A DNA stretch of 64,000 nt from Nitrospirales bacterium (GTDB taxonomy: Bacteria; Nitrospirota; Nitrospiria; Nitrospirales; UBA8639), in the NCBI GenBank assembly GCA_965203665.1, contig OZ241905.1, positions 174,275 through 238,274 of the forward strand. The letters are read 5' to 3'. The translations under genes and the position numbers were made by a program. Of the stretch, positions 28,039 through 36,496 are shown piece after piece. The notes beneath the pieces were generated by a model. That model saw only the letters and a list, made by a program, of their open reading frames with translations. It did not search any database and was not told the DNA's origin. Position 1 is the stretch's first letter. Every line of letters begins with the position of its first letter.

Positions 28039-28429
28039 CGCGATAAAATGGTGGTTTGAGAACTAACGAGCGCCCTATTGAAGTGTGGTACGGTAAGCAT
28101 AATAACATTCTGAGGATATAAGCCCAACATCCGGAATGTCTATTTTTGACGACTGGAAGGTGGCAACGAGTGACCTTTTCCCTAAATTTGCTCCAAGTCG
28201 AAAGTGAGGAAGTGGTCGAATTGAGGGGTCCCCGGAAGGACCCGCACTACTCTTATAAAGCCTCATGATCTCACTAACTCCTTACGCTTGACTTGGCTCT
28301 CAAGGGAACTACATTGTAGAGAAAGGCTCTGCGCAATGCCCTCCGAATCCTATTCCAGAAAAGCTGCCGGTGAAGGACTCAATATTCATGAGACCCGTGC
28401 ATAGAGCTGACAATCTGAAAGGAAAGAAC

Positions 28430-29863
28430 ATGGGAATACGTATCCAACCATGCGAAATCGATGTGCCCGCAGAGGCTCCTTTCAAGAACGACCTGCTAGA
28501 TCGGAAGGAGCCTGTAGAGGTTCTGACTCGCTTGGTGAGTTCCCTGGAAGGACCATGTGTTCTGGCTGTCGATGCCGCGTGGGGGAACGGCAAAACCACA
28601 TTTCTAAACATGTGGGCTCAGTACCTGCGCAACCAGGCATTTCCAATTGTCAAGTTCAATGCTTGGGAAACAGACTTCTCGGGCGATCCCTTTGTCGCGC
28701 TCTCAAAGGAACTCACACGTGGTCTCCAAGAATACACAAACGGGTCGATGACGCAGCAAATCGAGGACGGGGCGAAAAAAGTGCTGCAAGAGACCCTGCC
28801 AATTCTGACGCGACTCGGCACCGCGGTCATTCCAGGGGTGGGACCAGAAGTCAGTAAGGTCATTGAGTCCTATGTCTCATCATACGTAGGGGCAAAAGAG
28901 TCTGTCCGAAAATTTAGGGACACATTACAGGAAACGGCAAAAAAGGTATCAAAAGCCAAAGGTGACAAGCCGGTCGTCGTGATGATCGACGAACTGGACA
29001 GGTGCCGCCCGTCTTATGCGGTCGAGCTCCTTGAAGTAGCCAAGCATCTGTTCGCTGTGGATCATATTGTCTTCGTGCTGGCGGTCAATCGTTCTGAACT
29101 CGCGCATTCCATCAAAGCCCTATATGGCGGGAGCTTTGATGCCCAAGGATACTTGCGCCGGTTTTTTGATTTAGACTTCCGGCTTCCGGCACCTGGTCGG
29201 ACTGCCCTCATCAACCACTTACTCATGACGACGAAAATCAACGACTACTTTAAGCAGGAACAAGATTCGGCGGCAGAGAGGGACTATGAACTTGTCAGAA
29301 AATGGTTGATTTACTTTTTTGATGATCCTGACCTCAGTCTGCGAAGCATTGCCCAGGCCATCCACCGACTAGGATTGGTATTCGCATCGTTGCGGAGCGA
29401 CCAGCAGACTTTTGCGAGAATGGCCGCTGTATGTCTGATCATAAGGACCATAGACGAAGATTTGTATCACCAGTTCGCCCAAGGTGAGGTGTCGGATCAC
29501 AATGTTGTTGCAAAGTTATTCAGCGGACCTGGGGCAAGAGCTCTACAACACGAGAAGGACGGGCATCTATTTGAAATTGCGGTCATTTCGGCCAAGCTGG
29601 AAGGAAAACAAATGACAGAGGAAACGAGTAGTTCAGAACTCTTGCGACATTATAGTGAGCTTGTTGGTTCCGATGAACTTTCGAAGTTAAAAATTCTGGA
29701 ACCACTTCAAAGGCCCCCACTGCAACCAACCGGCTCTGATTGTTCGGAACTTGAGCATGCGAAAACAATCATCTTCAGCAGGCGCTTTGGCGACATGCCA
29801 GGATTCAGAGTAGCAGTTCAGCGTCTCGAACTGTTTTCCCCCGATCTTATCGATGATCGTTGA
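28430..29863 (+). CDS. KAP-family P-loop NTPase
   Basis: 'VLAVDAAWGNGKTTFLNMW','KFNAWETDFSGDP','VVVMIDELDRCRPSYAVELLE','VFVLAVNRSEL'. Alternative starts are GTG 28370 and ATG 28388. Confidence 0.85.
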   Translation: MGIRIQPCEIDVPAEAPFKNDLLDRKEPVEVLTRLVSSLEGPCVLAVDAAWGNGKTTFLNMWAQYLRNQAFPIVKFNAWETDFSGDPFVALSKELTRGLQEYTNGSMTQQIEDGAKKVLQETLPILTRLGTAVIPGVGPEVSKVIESYVSSYVGAKESVRKFRDTLQETAKKVSKAKGDKPVVVMIDELDRCRPSYAVELLEVAKHLFAVDHIVFVLAVNRSELAHSIKALYGGSFDAQGYLRRFFDLDFRLPAPGRTALINHLLMTTKINDYFKQEQDSAAERDYELVRKWLIYFFDDPDLSLRSIAQAIHRLGLVFASLRSDQQTFARMAAVCLIIRTIDEDLYHQFAQGEVSDHNVVAKLFSGPGARALQHEKDGHLFEIAVISAKLEGKQMTEETSSSELLRHYSELVGSDELSKLKILEPLQRPPLQPTGSDCSELEHAKTIIFSRRFGDMPGFRVAVQRLELFSPDLIDDR

Positions 29864-29916
29864 CGACACCAAAATGCCACAGAATCTAGTTTTGAAAATG
29901 GGGAGCTTGGGACAAT

Positions 29917-30654
29917 ATGGGCTTTAAGTCATGGAATAGCTATAGTCATTTTTCTTGGGAAGTCACACACAGCAACCGCTATATCTATAGGGATGATGAG
30001 AAGGACTTTCTGGCGAATGTCTTGGAAACAAGCCAGTCTCGGGCGACGACCGTTGGTTCTGGCAGTGTCTTCTGGAGGGCACAGCTAGGATGCAACTGGC
30101 GGCCCATAATTCAAGATGGTGAAGAAGTAGGGGAAGAACCTGAACCGTTTTCCCCTCAGAGAATGAAGCCGGTTTCATTTGGAGCTTTTGAAGGCAGAGT
30201 CAATCCCAAAGGAATTCCCTGCCTCTACCTTGCCACAAAGAAAGAAACAGCCATGTCCGAAGTGCGGCCATGGCTTGAGTCATATATCTCGGTTGGTCAG
30301 TTTCAGACGGTAAAGGAGTTAACGCTGATAAATTGTTCAGTGCATCCGCCCAATGGATTGACTATCTATTTTGAAGAGCCAGACGAACAGAAAAAGGAGA
30401 AGGCGGTTTGGGAAGACATTGACCGGGCTTTTTCTCGACCCGTTACTGTGAGTGACACTTTATCGGACTATGTTCCGACGCAAATACTGGCTGAGCTGTT
30501 CAAAAATAATGGGTTCGATGGCGTCTATTACAGGAGTGCGCTATCACATGGCTTGAACGTTGCCCTGTTCGATATGAATGCTGCTAAAATCATTAACTGC
30601 TTTTTGCATAAAGTGGAAAAAATCCAGTTTGCGTTTGGGGAGCCTTTCCTTTGA
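29917..30654 (+). CDS. RES-domain protein (putative NAD+-targeting toxin/effector)
   Basis: 'FWRAQ', 'EGRVNPKGIPCLYLATKKETAMSEV' (R, E) and 'YVPTQILAELFKNNGFDGVYYRSALSHGLNVALFD' (S). The gene starts 53 nt after the KAP gene. Confidence 0.8.
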   Translation: MGFKSWNSYSHFSWEVTHSNRYIYRDDEKDFLANVLETSQSRATTVGSGSVFWRAQLGCNWRPIIQDGEEVGEEPEPFSPQRMKPVSFGAFEGRVNPKGIPCLYLATKKETAMSEVRPWLESYISVGQFQTVKELTLINCSVHPPNGLTIYFEEPDEQKKEKAVWEDIDRAFSRPVTVSDTLSDYVPTQILAELFKNNGFDGVYYRSALSHGLNVALFDMNAAKIINCFLHKVEKIQFAFGEPFL

Positions 30655-30856
30655 TCTATCCGCTAGTCCTACTTTCTTCAGAAGGATGAGGGCACTCAAA
30701 GCCCCTAAGTGACCATACCAAAAGTTAAGTCAGTTGGCCGCCAATCATCGCGCATAATGCGAATGTCATCGTAACCAAACTCCCGGCAAATAAAGCGATG
30801 AAGGACAAGGCGGTTTTGGAGAAGAGAGGTTGCGACCAGGCGACGACGTGGGGGCA

Positions 30857-31198
30857 TCAGCGGGGCTCAGGCAGCATGAGTTTCATGATTTCGCGGACAA
30901 TACCCTCTCTGACCTCTGGTTTGAGATGGGCGACTGATCTCTCCATGATACCGACATTCGCCGTAAATAATCTGGCGGGCCTGACGTAGCTCGTTTTGAT
31001 CAACTGGCCGCTAGTAAAACTGCTTTGCTCTATTTTTATGGCGCGTTGGTCATAGTACGGTTGGCTGGTAATTTGGCATAAGATAAAGTCGTCTTGCCCG
31101 GCTTCGGCAAGTATTAGTGCGGGTCTCAATTTCTGTTGGCTTAAATCAGAGAACGGGAAACGGACAAGCACAACGTCTCCTACTGAAAATTTTGCCAT
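30857..31198 (-). CDS. mazF: MazF/PemK-family toxin
   Basis: 'GDVVLVRFPFSDLSQQKLRPALIL...ILCQITS...SYVRPARLFT' fits the PemK fold pattern. Confidence 0.85.
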   Translation of the reverse strand: MAKFSVGDVVLVRFPFSDLSQQKLRPALILAEAGQDDFILCQITSQPYYDQRAIKIEQSSFTSGQLIKTSYVRPARLFTANVGIMERSVAHLKPEVREGIVREIMKLMLPEPR

Positions 31199-31377
31199 GC
31201 CCGATCTTCCTCCGCCGTTTTCCAGTCAGCCGCCAGACTGTTTTCGCTGAGATGAGCGCATTCGCCGGCATTTGATACTGCCTCTTGATCTTTAAACCGT
31301 TGTTTGACAAACAGAAAAAAATCGTAGACTTCCTGTTGCGCCGCTTCCGGCAAGACAGACAGATCGATCGATTTCAT
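31180..31377 (-). CDS. DUF2281-like antitoxin
   Basis: 'LPEAAQQEVYDFFLFVKQRF' and a C-terminal 'ADWKTAEEDRAWQNF'. It overlaps mazF by 19 nt. Confidence 0.65.
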   Translation of the reverse strand: MKSIDLSVLPEAAQQEVYDFFLFVKQRFKDQEAVSNAGECAHLSENSLAADWKTAEEDRAWQNFQ

Positions 31378-31391
31378 TGTTCATCCCTCCA

Positions 31392-31466
31392 GTAGGTCGG
31401 ATTAGCGTAGCATAATCCGACATGGGGCTGCAGTGTCGGGGTACGCCTTCGGCTAACCCGACCTAC
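31392..31466. repeat. inverted pair of REP-like palindromes, family A (BIME-like)
   Basis: 'GTAGGTCGGATTAGCGTAGCATAATCCGAC' (31392-31421) and, in the opposite orientation, 'GTCGGGGTACGCCTTCGGCTAACCCGACCTAC' (31435-31466). Confidence 0.7.
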
Positions 31467-31473
31467 GGCTCTC

Positions 31474-31977
31474 TCATGCATCTTCCAACCAAGGTAATCG
31501 GCTTTGAAAAATTTCTAAAATTTCTTTGGCACAATCTTGAGACACATCGTTCAATACATAGCCCTTAAAGAGATGGCCGTGAGATTGTTTCATGGCATAT
31601 AGTGCCTGTTTGAATTTGGTACGATCATTTTCAGATAGACATAGTATATGTTCACGTTCAGCGAAATCTAAATCATTCATAAACTCTTTTGTTGTCTCAA
31701 AAACGGCTGATTGTGCATTCTTATAAACATGTTGCTTGCCATCCCAATGAGAACTTCCACCCATAGACGTTCCATATTTCGTTTTATAAGTAACAGGTCG
31801 ATCAGTCGTTTGTTGAGCAACAGCTATTTCCTGTAATCGATTACGGTATTCTTGGAAAAGTTGCCGTACAGAGTTTCTTGTCTTTCGTTGTTTGTTTTTC
31901 CTCTTTACCCAATCAATGATTTTATATGCTGCCCCGAGCAGAATAAGAAGATGAGAAACAAATTCAAGAATCGCCAT
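31474..31977 (-). CDS. hypothetical protein with N-terminal TM anchor (167 aa)
   Basis: 'ILEFVSHLLILLGAAYKIIDWV' TM helix followed by a Lys/Arg stretch. The ORF is AT-rich and flanked by REP elements on both sides. Confidence 0.55.
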   Translation of the reverse strand: MAILEFVSHLLILLGAAYKIIDWVKRKNKQRKTRNSVRQLFQEYRNRLQEIAVAQQTTDRPVTYKTKYGTSMGGSSHWDGKQHVYKNAQSAVFETTKEFMNDLDFAEREHILCLSENDRTKFKQALYAMKQSHGHLFKGYVLNDVSQDCAKEILEIFQSRLPWLEDA

Positions 31978-32005
31978 GACAGATGTATCTGAAAAATAAT
32001 GTGAT

Positions 32006-32037
32006 GTCGGGTTACGCCTTCAGCTAACCCGCCCTAC
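32006..32037. repeat. REP-like palindrome, family A
   Basis: 'GTCGGGTTACGCCTTCAGCTAACCCGCCCTAC'. It supplies the last codons and the stop of the 32020..32925 ORF ('AVGRVS*'). Confidence 0.65.
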
Positions 32038-32925
32038 GGCTTTCTGCATCTGATGGTGTTTGTTAACGAGATAAGCAGCGAACGAGGCGCAGGCACCGAA
32101 CATGAATACAGCCTCGTCCAAGCCGACATCTGAGGAGTCTTTGAATACCAGCGAATGACGGACACCCTCTTCGGCATTAGTATATGCATAAATTTTTTCA
32201 AATCCCGTCTTGAGCTGCCTATTTGTGAGTAGCCCCTTGTTCTCAAGGTTTTTCAGTGCCTCACCAAGTGTTTTTGATTTTGGAGCGATTTTGCGAGCGA
32301 CAGATTCAACCGCTTCGATGCTGGACTCAACCGAATCTGCATATTGCTGCGCTTTGAAGCGTACCGCCGCTTGCCTCAAATGGGTTGCTGCGCCTTCCAT
32401 ACCACCCTCGCGGAGCGTTTCAATGGCCCGCTTCGTTGCTTCGCCTTGCTCTTGGCTGGCGCGCGGCACGATAGTTGGAACGTTGTCTATGTTTGCAACA
32501 AAGTAGGCGATTGGTGATTTATCAAATGCGTCCATCAGATATTGCCCCAATCTCTCTGAGCACTTATCATGTCGCAGGATGAATTCTATAAAGGTCAACA
32601 CTTCATGGTATTCACCATTCCTTATTTGTTCGTGACAGAATCTTATGTCGCCTTGATATGTGTGGGATTCGATCTCATCATGCCATTTTCCAAGAATCTC
32701 AAATTGGTACAAAAACAGGATGGAGCCTAAATCCCAATCCGTATAGCCGTCTATAGGATCCTCATCATATGTCGAATTTATTGCCTCCTGAATACAGCGC
32801 CACACTCTCCGCCTGAAGTCGTCCGGGATGCTGTCTGTTTGCATGGATTCTGGTAGCGGAGATTTTCCTTCACGTTGAGCGAACGTCAATTTGTAGAATG
32901 CATCATCAGCTTTGTGAACCATCAT
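32020..32925 (-). CDS. AbiJ-like abortive-infection protein (AbiJ-NTD4-like N-terminus, Abi_C/HEPN-like C-terminus)
   Basis: N-terminus 'FAQREGKSPLPESMQTDSIPDDFRRRVWRCI' fits the AbiJ N-terminal pattern (F.qR.g......Q.....LRN.lWN). C-terminus 'SVESSIEAVESVARKI...YAYTNAEEGVRHS...EAVFMFGACASF' resembles the Abi_C/HEPN pattern with G(I/V)RH. Confidence 0.65.
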   Translation of the reverse strand: MMVHKADDAFYKLTFAQREGKSPLPESMQTDSIPDDFRRRVWRCIQEAINSTYDEDPIDGYTDWDLGSILFLYQFEILGKWHDEIESHTYQGDIRFCHEQIRNGEYHEVLTFIEFILRHDKCSERLGQYLMDAFDKSPIAYFVANIDNVPTIVPRASQEQGEATKRAIETLREGGMEGAATHLRQAAVRFKAQQYADSVESSIEAVESVARKIAPKSKTLGEALKNLENKGLLTNRQLKTGFEKIYAYTNAEEGVRHSLVFKDSSDVGLDEAVFMFGACASFAAYLVNKHHQMQKAVGRVS

Positions 32926-33161
32926 TCAAGTTCCTCAAACATCAATTCGCGAAAAACCGGCTCGATGGTTTTTGCGATCCAGGTTTCTCTTGGTGGTTTC
33001 AGGGCATTCAGAGTGTGGTCGCCGTTAGCGTCGTATTCGGCCAGTTCTTCAGCCCGGACCGGGGCCGTATGGGAAAGATACAACGCGTAGGCGTATTCAC
33101 TCTCACCACCGACATTGAGGTTAGACCGCACATCGTGCAGCCGCTTCAGCATTACGCGCAT
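32922..33161 (-). CDS. small acidic protein (79 aa), translationally coupled to the AbiJ-like gene
   Basis: Its stop overlaps the AbiJ-like start (ATGA at 32922-32925). No motif recognised. Confidence 0.5.
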   Translation of the reverse strand: MRVMLKRLHDVRSNLNVGGESEYAYALYLSHTAPVRAEELAEYDANGDHTLNALKPPRETWIAKTIEPVFRELMFEELE

Positions 33162-33287
33162 GTCGTCTTATCCGAATTTCCGGAAAAAATGAAGCGATGC
33201 AGGACAAGCCGTTTTGGAGAGTAAGGGATCAGATTTCAAGCATGGCCCAGCGGTCCCCTTACCGCTGAAGTAGCGTTCATGACTATA

Positions 33288-34193
33288 TTACTCCTTGGAT
33301 GGTGGTAATTCCGGTAGGATGCAAGCAGCGTCAACATCATTTCCCGTTAAATTTCCAACAATTTCGGCTGCCACTGTTGCGCTACTCATGTACGCCGTAT
33401 ATTCGTCTGGTACAGATTCGCGAGCCAGCTTCATGACCCGGTTCTGCACAGCAGCATCATTCCAGGCAGCGGATTTAGCCACCGCTGTTGTAAAGGCAAG
33501 TTCCAATTTGCGCACTTTATCCAAGTTTGCATTTAACTCCGAGATTGGGTTGCTACCGACAAATTTTCCACCGACATAGACACCTTGACTAAGGCCGATA
33601 AGCATCAGATAGGAGTTGTCAATTGAAAAAGACCCTAAAGATTCCGCCGCGATAACACCTTTGTATAAAAGTGAAATTCCTACAACCACTGAAAAAGCTA
33701 CTGCTTGGAATCTCGCAACTTCGAACCCCTGATCAGAAGTCAAAAGATCACTAAACTTTGGCATATACTCAGATGAAGTTCGCGTAAAATCGTTTTTGAT
33801 CCAGCGTTTTTTCTTGGCCCAAGCCCAATTCTCTCCAGTCACCCGAGAACGAACCATGTTGGCTGCCCTACCCAGGCCGGCACCGCCAGCCGCAACACCC
33901 AACAACCAGAGTATGGAGTCGTTTATAGGAACTAGCTTGCCTTCTTTTATGACCCAATAAATTGAAATCCAAAGCACGATCAAGGTGAAAAAAAAGACCT
34001 GAGTTTTCGACAGACTAGCCCGACCGGTAGGTTCGGCGGTTGTTTTTAACGGATTGGCAGTTAGTTTATGCCCCCATCGGGGTTTTGCCGCGTTGGCTGC
34101 TAACAAGTAGAAAAAAATGACTGCTGCGGTAGCTACTATGGTAGCCATTATTTCAGAGGGAATGTTAAATGACATCGCCTCTTTGTGCTCCAC
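33288..34193 (-). CDS. multi-pass membrane protein (301 aa), unknown function
   Basis: At least four hydrophobic helices ('IMATIVATAAVIFFYLLA','VFFFTLIVLWISIYWVI','ILWLLGVAAGGAGLG','FQAVAFSVVVGISLLY') and a soluble C-terminal ~90 aa. Confidence 0.65.
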   Translation of the reverse strand: MEHKEAMSFNIPSEIMATIVATAAVIFFYLLAANAAKPRWGHKLTANPLKTTAEPTGRASLSKTQVFFFTLIVLWISIYWVIKEGKLVPINDSILWLLGVAAGGAGLGRAANMVRSRVTGENWAWAKKKRWIKNDFTRTSSEYMPKFSDLLTSDQGFEVARFQAVAFSVVVGISLLYKGVIAAESLGSFSIDNSYLMLIGLSQGVYVGGKFVGSNPISELNANLDKVRKLELAFTTAVAKSAAWNDAAVQNRVMKLARESVPDEYTAYMSSATVAAEIVGNLTGNDVDAACILPELPPSKE

Positions 34194-34211
34194 TATGGTG
34201 AGAACAATCCC

Positions 34212-34251
34212 GTAGGTTCGATTAATGTAGCATAATTCGATGTAGGGCTGC
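34212..34251. repeat. REP-like element, family A (AT-shifted variant)
   Basis: 'GTAGGTTCGATTAATGTAGCATAATTCGATGTAGGGCTGC' versus 31392-31431 'GTAGGTCGGATTAGCGTAGCATAATCCGACATGGGGCTGC'. Confidence 0.55.
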
Positions 34252-34356
34252 TACTCTTCCTGAAGGGGACTTACGTAGGTAACTCGACATAGCACTGAAT
34301 ACTGCCATTTTAAGCTGTTGTAATCCTGAAGGGACCCCGATCTTTGGTCCACGGGA

Positions 34357-34599
34357 TTAGCGATTTTCTGACCGCTGTTGGTGCCATTGCGCCCTGTACT
34401 GCGAGGGCGTCAGGTTGTTGAGAGACCGGTGAGGCCGCTCCTCATTGTATTCCTGTTTCCAAACCTGCAACTTCGCCCGCGCATCCGTCAAATCCTCGAA
34501 CCAGTGCACGTTCAAACACTCTTCCCGTAAGCGCCCGTTGAACGATTCAATGTAGGCATTATCGGTCGGCTTGCCGGGCCGCGAGAAGGCCAGCGTCAT
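34357..34599 (-). pseudogene. IS3-family transposase (OrfB) C-terminal fragment
   Basis: 'FSRPGKPTDNAYIESFNGRLREECLNVHWFEDLTDARAKLQVWKQEYNEERPHRSLNNLTP' is the end of the DDE/rve integrase core. The upstream ~300 aa are absent. Confidence 0.8.
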
Positions 34600-35110
34600 T
34601 CAAAGCATCCTTCAGGAATAGCCAATTCGATGATGTGACGAGCGGTCCGGTGCCTGGTTTCCTTGGTAACGGGAACAGGAAGAGTGACAGAAGAAGGAAC
34701 AGGACCGGACGCGAATGACCCGCTCTAATCTGTATGACGATCAGTATAACTGACGAGTGGAGCCAAACGCGAACCCCTATAAATACAGGAGTTTAACGGG
34801 CTAATGTAATTTTGGGAGGATAGTCTGCCAGAAATCGTCTCCTTTGTGGCTTAGTTTTTGGTGAGACCCTCAAATTCGACGACAACGAGAGGCCTGCTCC
34901 TTCTAGCGATACGATTTGTTTTCGACAGCGACCACATAAACAGTTGCCAATTCCGGCTTAGGTTCGACATGATCGACTTGCCCGAACTTCGTGTGGCACC
35001 GATCTGATGAACGCGTGTCAGGGGAGGTTCTCGCAAGATTTGCCACCGGGGTGGAGTGAACGTGGCAAGCAAACCGACTTCTTTGCCAGCGTCAACAAGA
35101 TTCAAGATCG

Positions 35111-36193
35111 ATGAAGAACCCCTATAGTGCCGAACAGAGGAGGTGGCTGAATGATCTTCGGGAACATTACCGGTCCGTGGCCAACGGCATCTGCATGGCA
35201 ACTATCCGGCTTGGTGACGAAAGTTTCACGGAGCCATGCGAAGGTCCAATCGGACACCGTCACGCGATCGCGAAGAGGCACGTAAAACTGATTGCGGACG
35301 TCAAAAGCCAAATTCGAGCCAATAGGGAGACTGGAACATTTGCGATATGGCCGGCGCAGTACGACGATCTTCAACTTGTGCCGATCAGCCGGTTCAGCGC
35401 AGGCCGGTGGTCCTGCCAGAGGCACGACGAGAGATTCGAGGGCATCGACGCACAACAGATTGATCTCTCAGAACCCGAGAACTTGTTTAAGGCGGTCTAC
35501 CGTGTCGTACTGCGCCAAAACCATCTGATGCTAGCCCGCTGGAACGCCCATGTCGCCGCGGCCCGAACCGTGGAAGGATGGGAGCTCTTCAAGGAAACGG
35601 CCTTCGAGACGGCGATAAGCGACGATGAAGCGGCTAACGCGGAAAGCGAATGGAGGGATGTCGTACACGCAGTGATGGACAAGATGCGCGATTTTGAACG
35701 GCGATTGAGGCTACGAGATTGGAATTCCCTTGAGTACCGTGCGCTCTTGGTGGCATCCAAACCCACGGTGGCGGGATGGGGTTGTCTCAGGATGAAGTTC
35801 GATTTGAGCGGCTTGCATGCCGATGACCCGCGAAGACATTGGAACCGCCATATCGAGTTGGGCTACATGATTGTGATTCCTCAACAAGACGGACACGCCA
35901 TCATCACGGCCTGTGAGCCTGCAAACCGATTCCGCGTACCAGAGATCGTGAGAATTCACAAATACATACCGGTGCACGCGAACCCCAACGAACCTTATAC
36001 GGCTGAAGTGAATTTGAAGCGGGGGCTTTCGCAAAGGATCTGGGAACTCAATGAAATTGGAATGCGGGAATCGCTCTATCAATCGTGGTCGGTGGCAGAA
36101 CAGAATGAAGTTCAGGCCTGGATGAAGAACAGGGGGTCGCGCCATCCGACGCTCTTGGTTCAAGCATCGAGTTACCTTCCTAGTATTCTCTGA
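35111..36193 (+). CDS. hypothetical protein (360 aa) with possible N-terminal His-Me-finger (HNH_2-like) motif
   Basis: 'CEGPIGHRHAIAKRH' ... 'WSCQRHDERFEGID' resembles the H..H / C..H..FD spacing of HNH_2 nucleases. The rest is unrecognised. Confidence 0.65.
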   Translation: MKNPYSAEQRRWLNDLREHYRSVANGICMATIRLGDESFTEPCEGPIGHRHAIAKRHVKLIADVKSQIRANRETGTFAIWPAQYDDLQLVPISRFSAGRWSCQRHDERFEGIDAQQIDLSEPENLFKAVYRVVLRQNHLMLARWNAHVAAARTVEGWELFKETAFETAISDDEAANAESEWRDVVHAVMDKMRDFERRLRLRDWNSLEYRALLVASKPTVAGWGCLRMKFDLSGLHADDPRRHWNRHIELGYMIVIPQQDGHAIITACEPANRFRVPEIVRIHKYIPVHANPNEPYTAEVNLKRGLSQRIWELNEIGMRESLYQSWSVAEQNEVQAWMKNRGSRHPTLLVQASSYLPSIL

Positions 36194-36496
36194 CCCGGCC
36201 GCGCGTAAAACTGTGTTCACCAACTTATAGTACGTACACTGGAATAATCATTTTATTTTTAATAGCTTATAAAATCTTGCCATCAAGAACCCGATGCTTG
36301 CCCCAACCCTTTTCGCTCGCAGGAGAGGAGGCTCCTCCCTTTCCTTTTCCGTCATCCCCGTTTTGTCCCTGCTGTCAACCTCGACGCGTGTCCCCGACGT
36401 TCGTCATCGGGGAGCCAGAGTCTTTGTCGTTGCAGCATCCCCCTTCCGTCATGCAGAAACTTGATCCCAATATGGGACTATGCTAGGGTTCCGGTG

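Noticed and set aside
34851-35455. Minus-strand ORFs 34851..35201 and 35102..35455.
   Set aside because: They overlap the start of the longer, better-behaved + strand gene at 35111..36193 and have no motifs.
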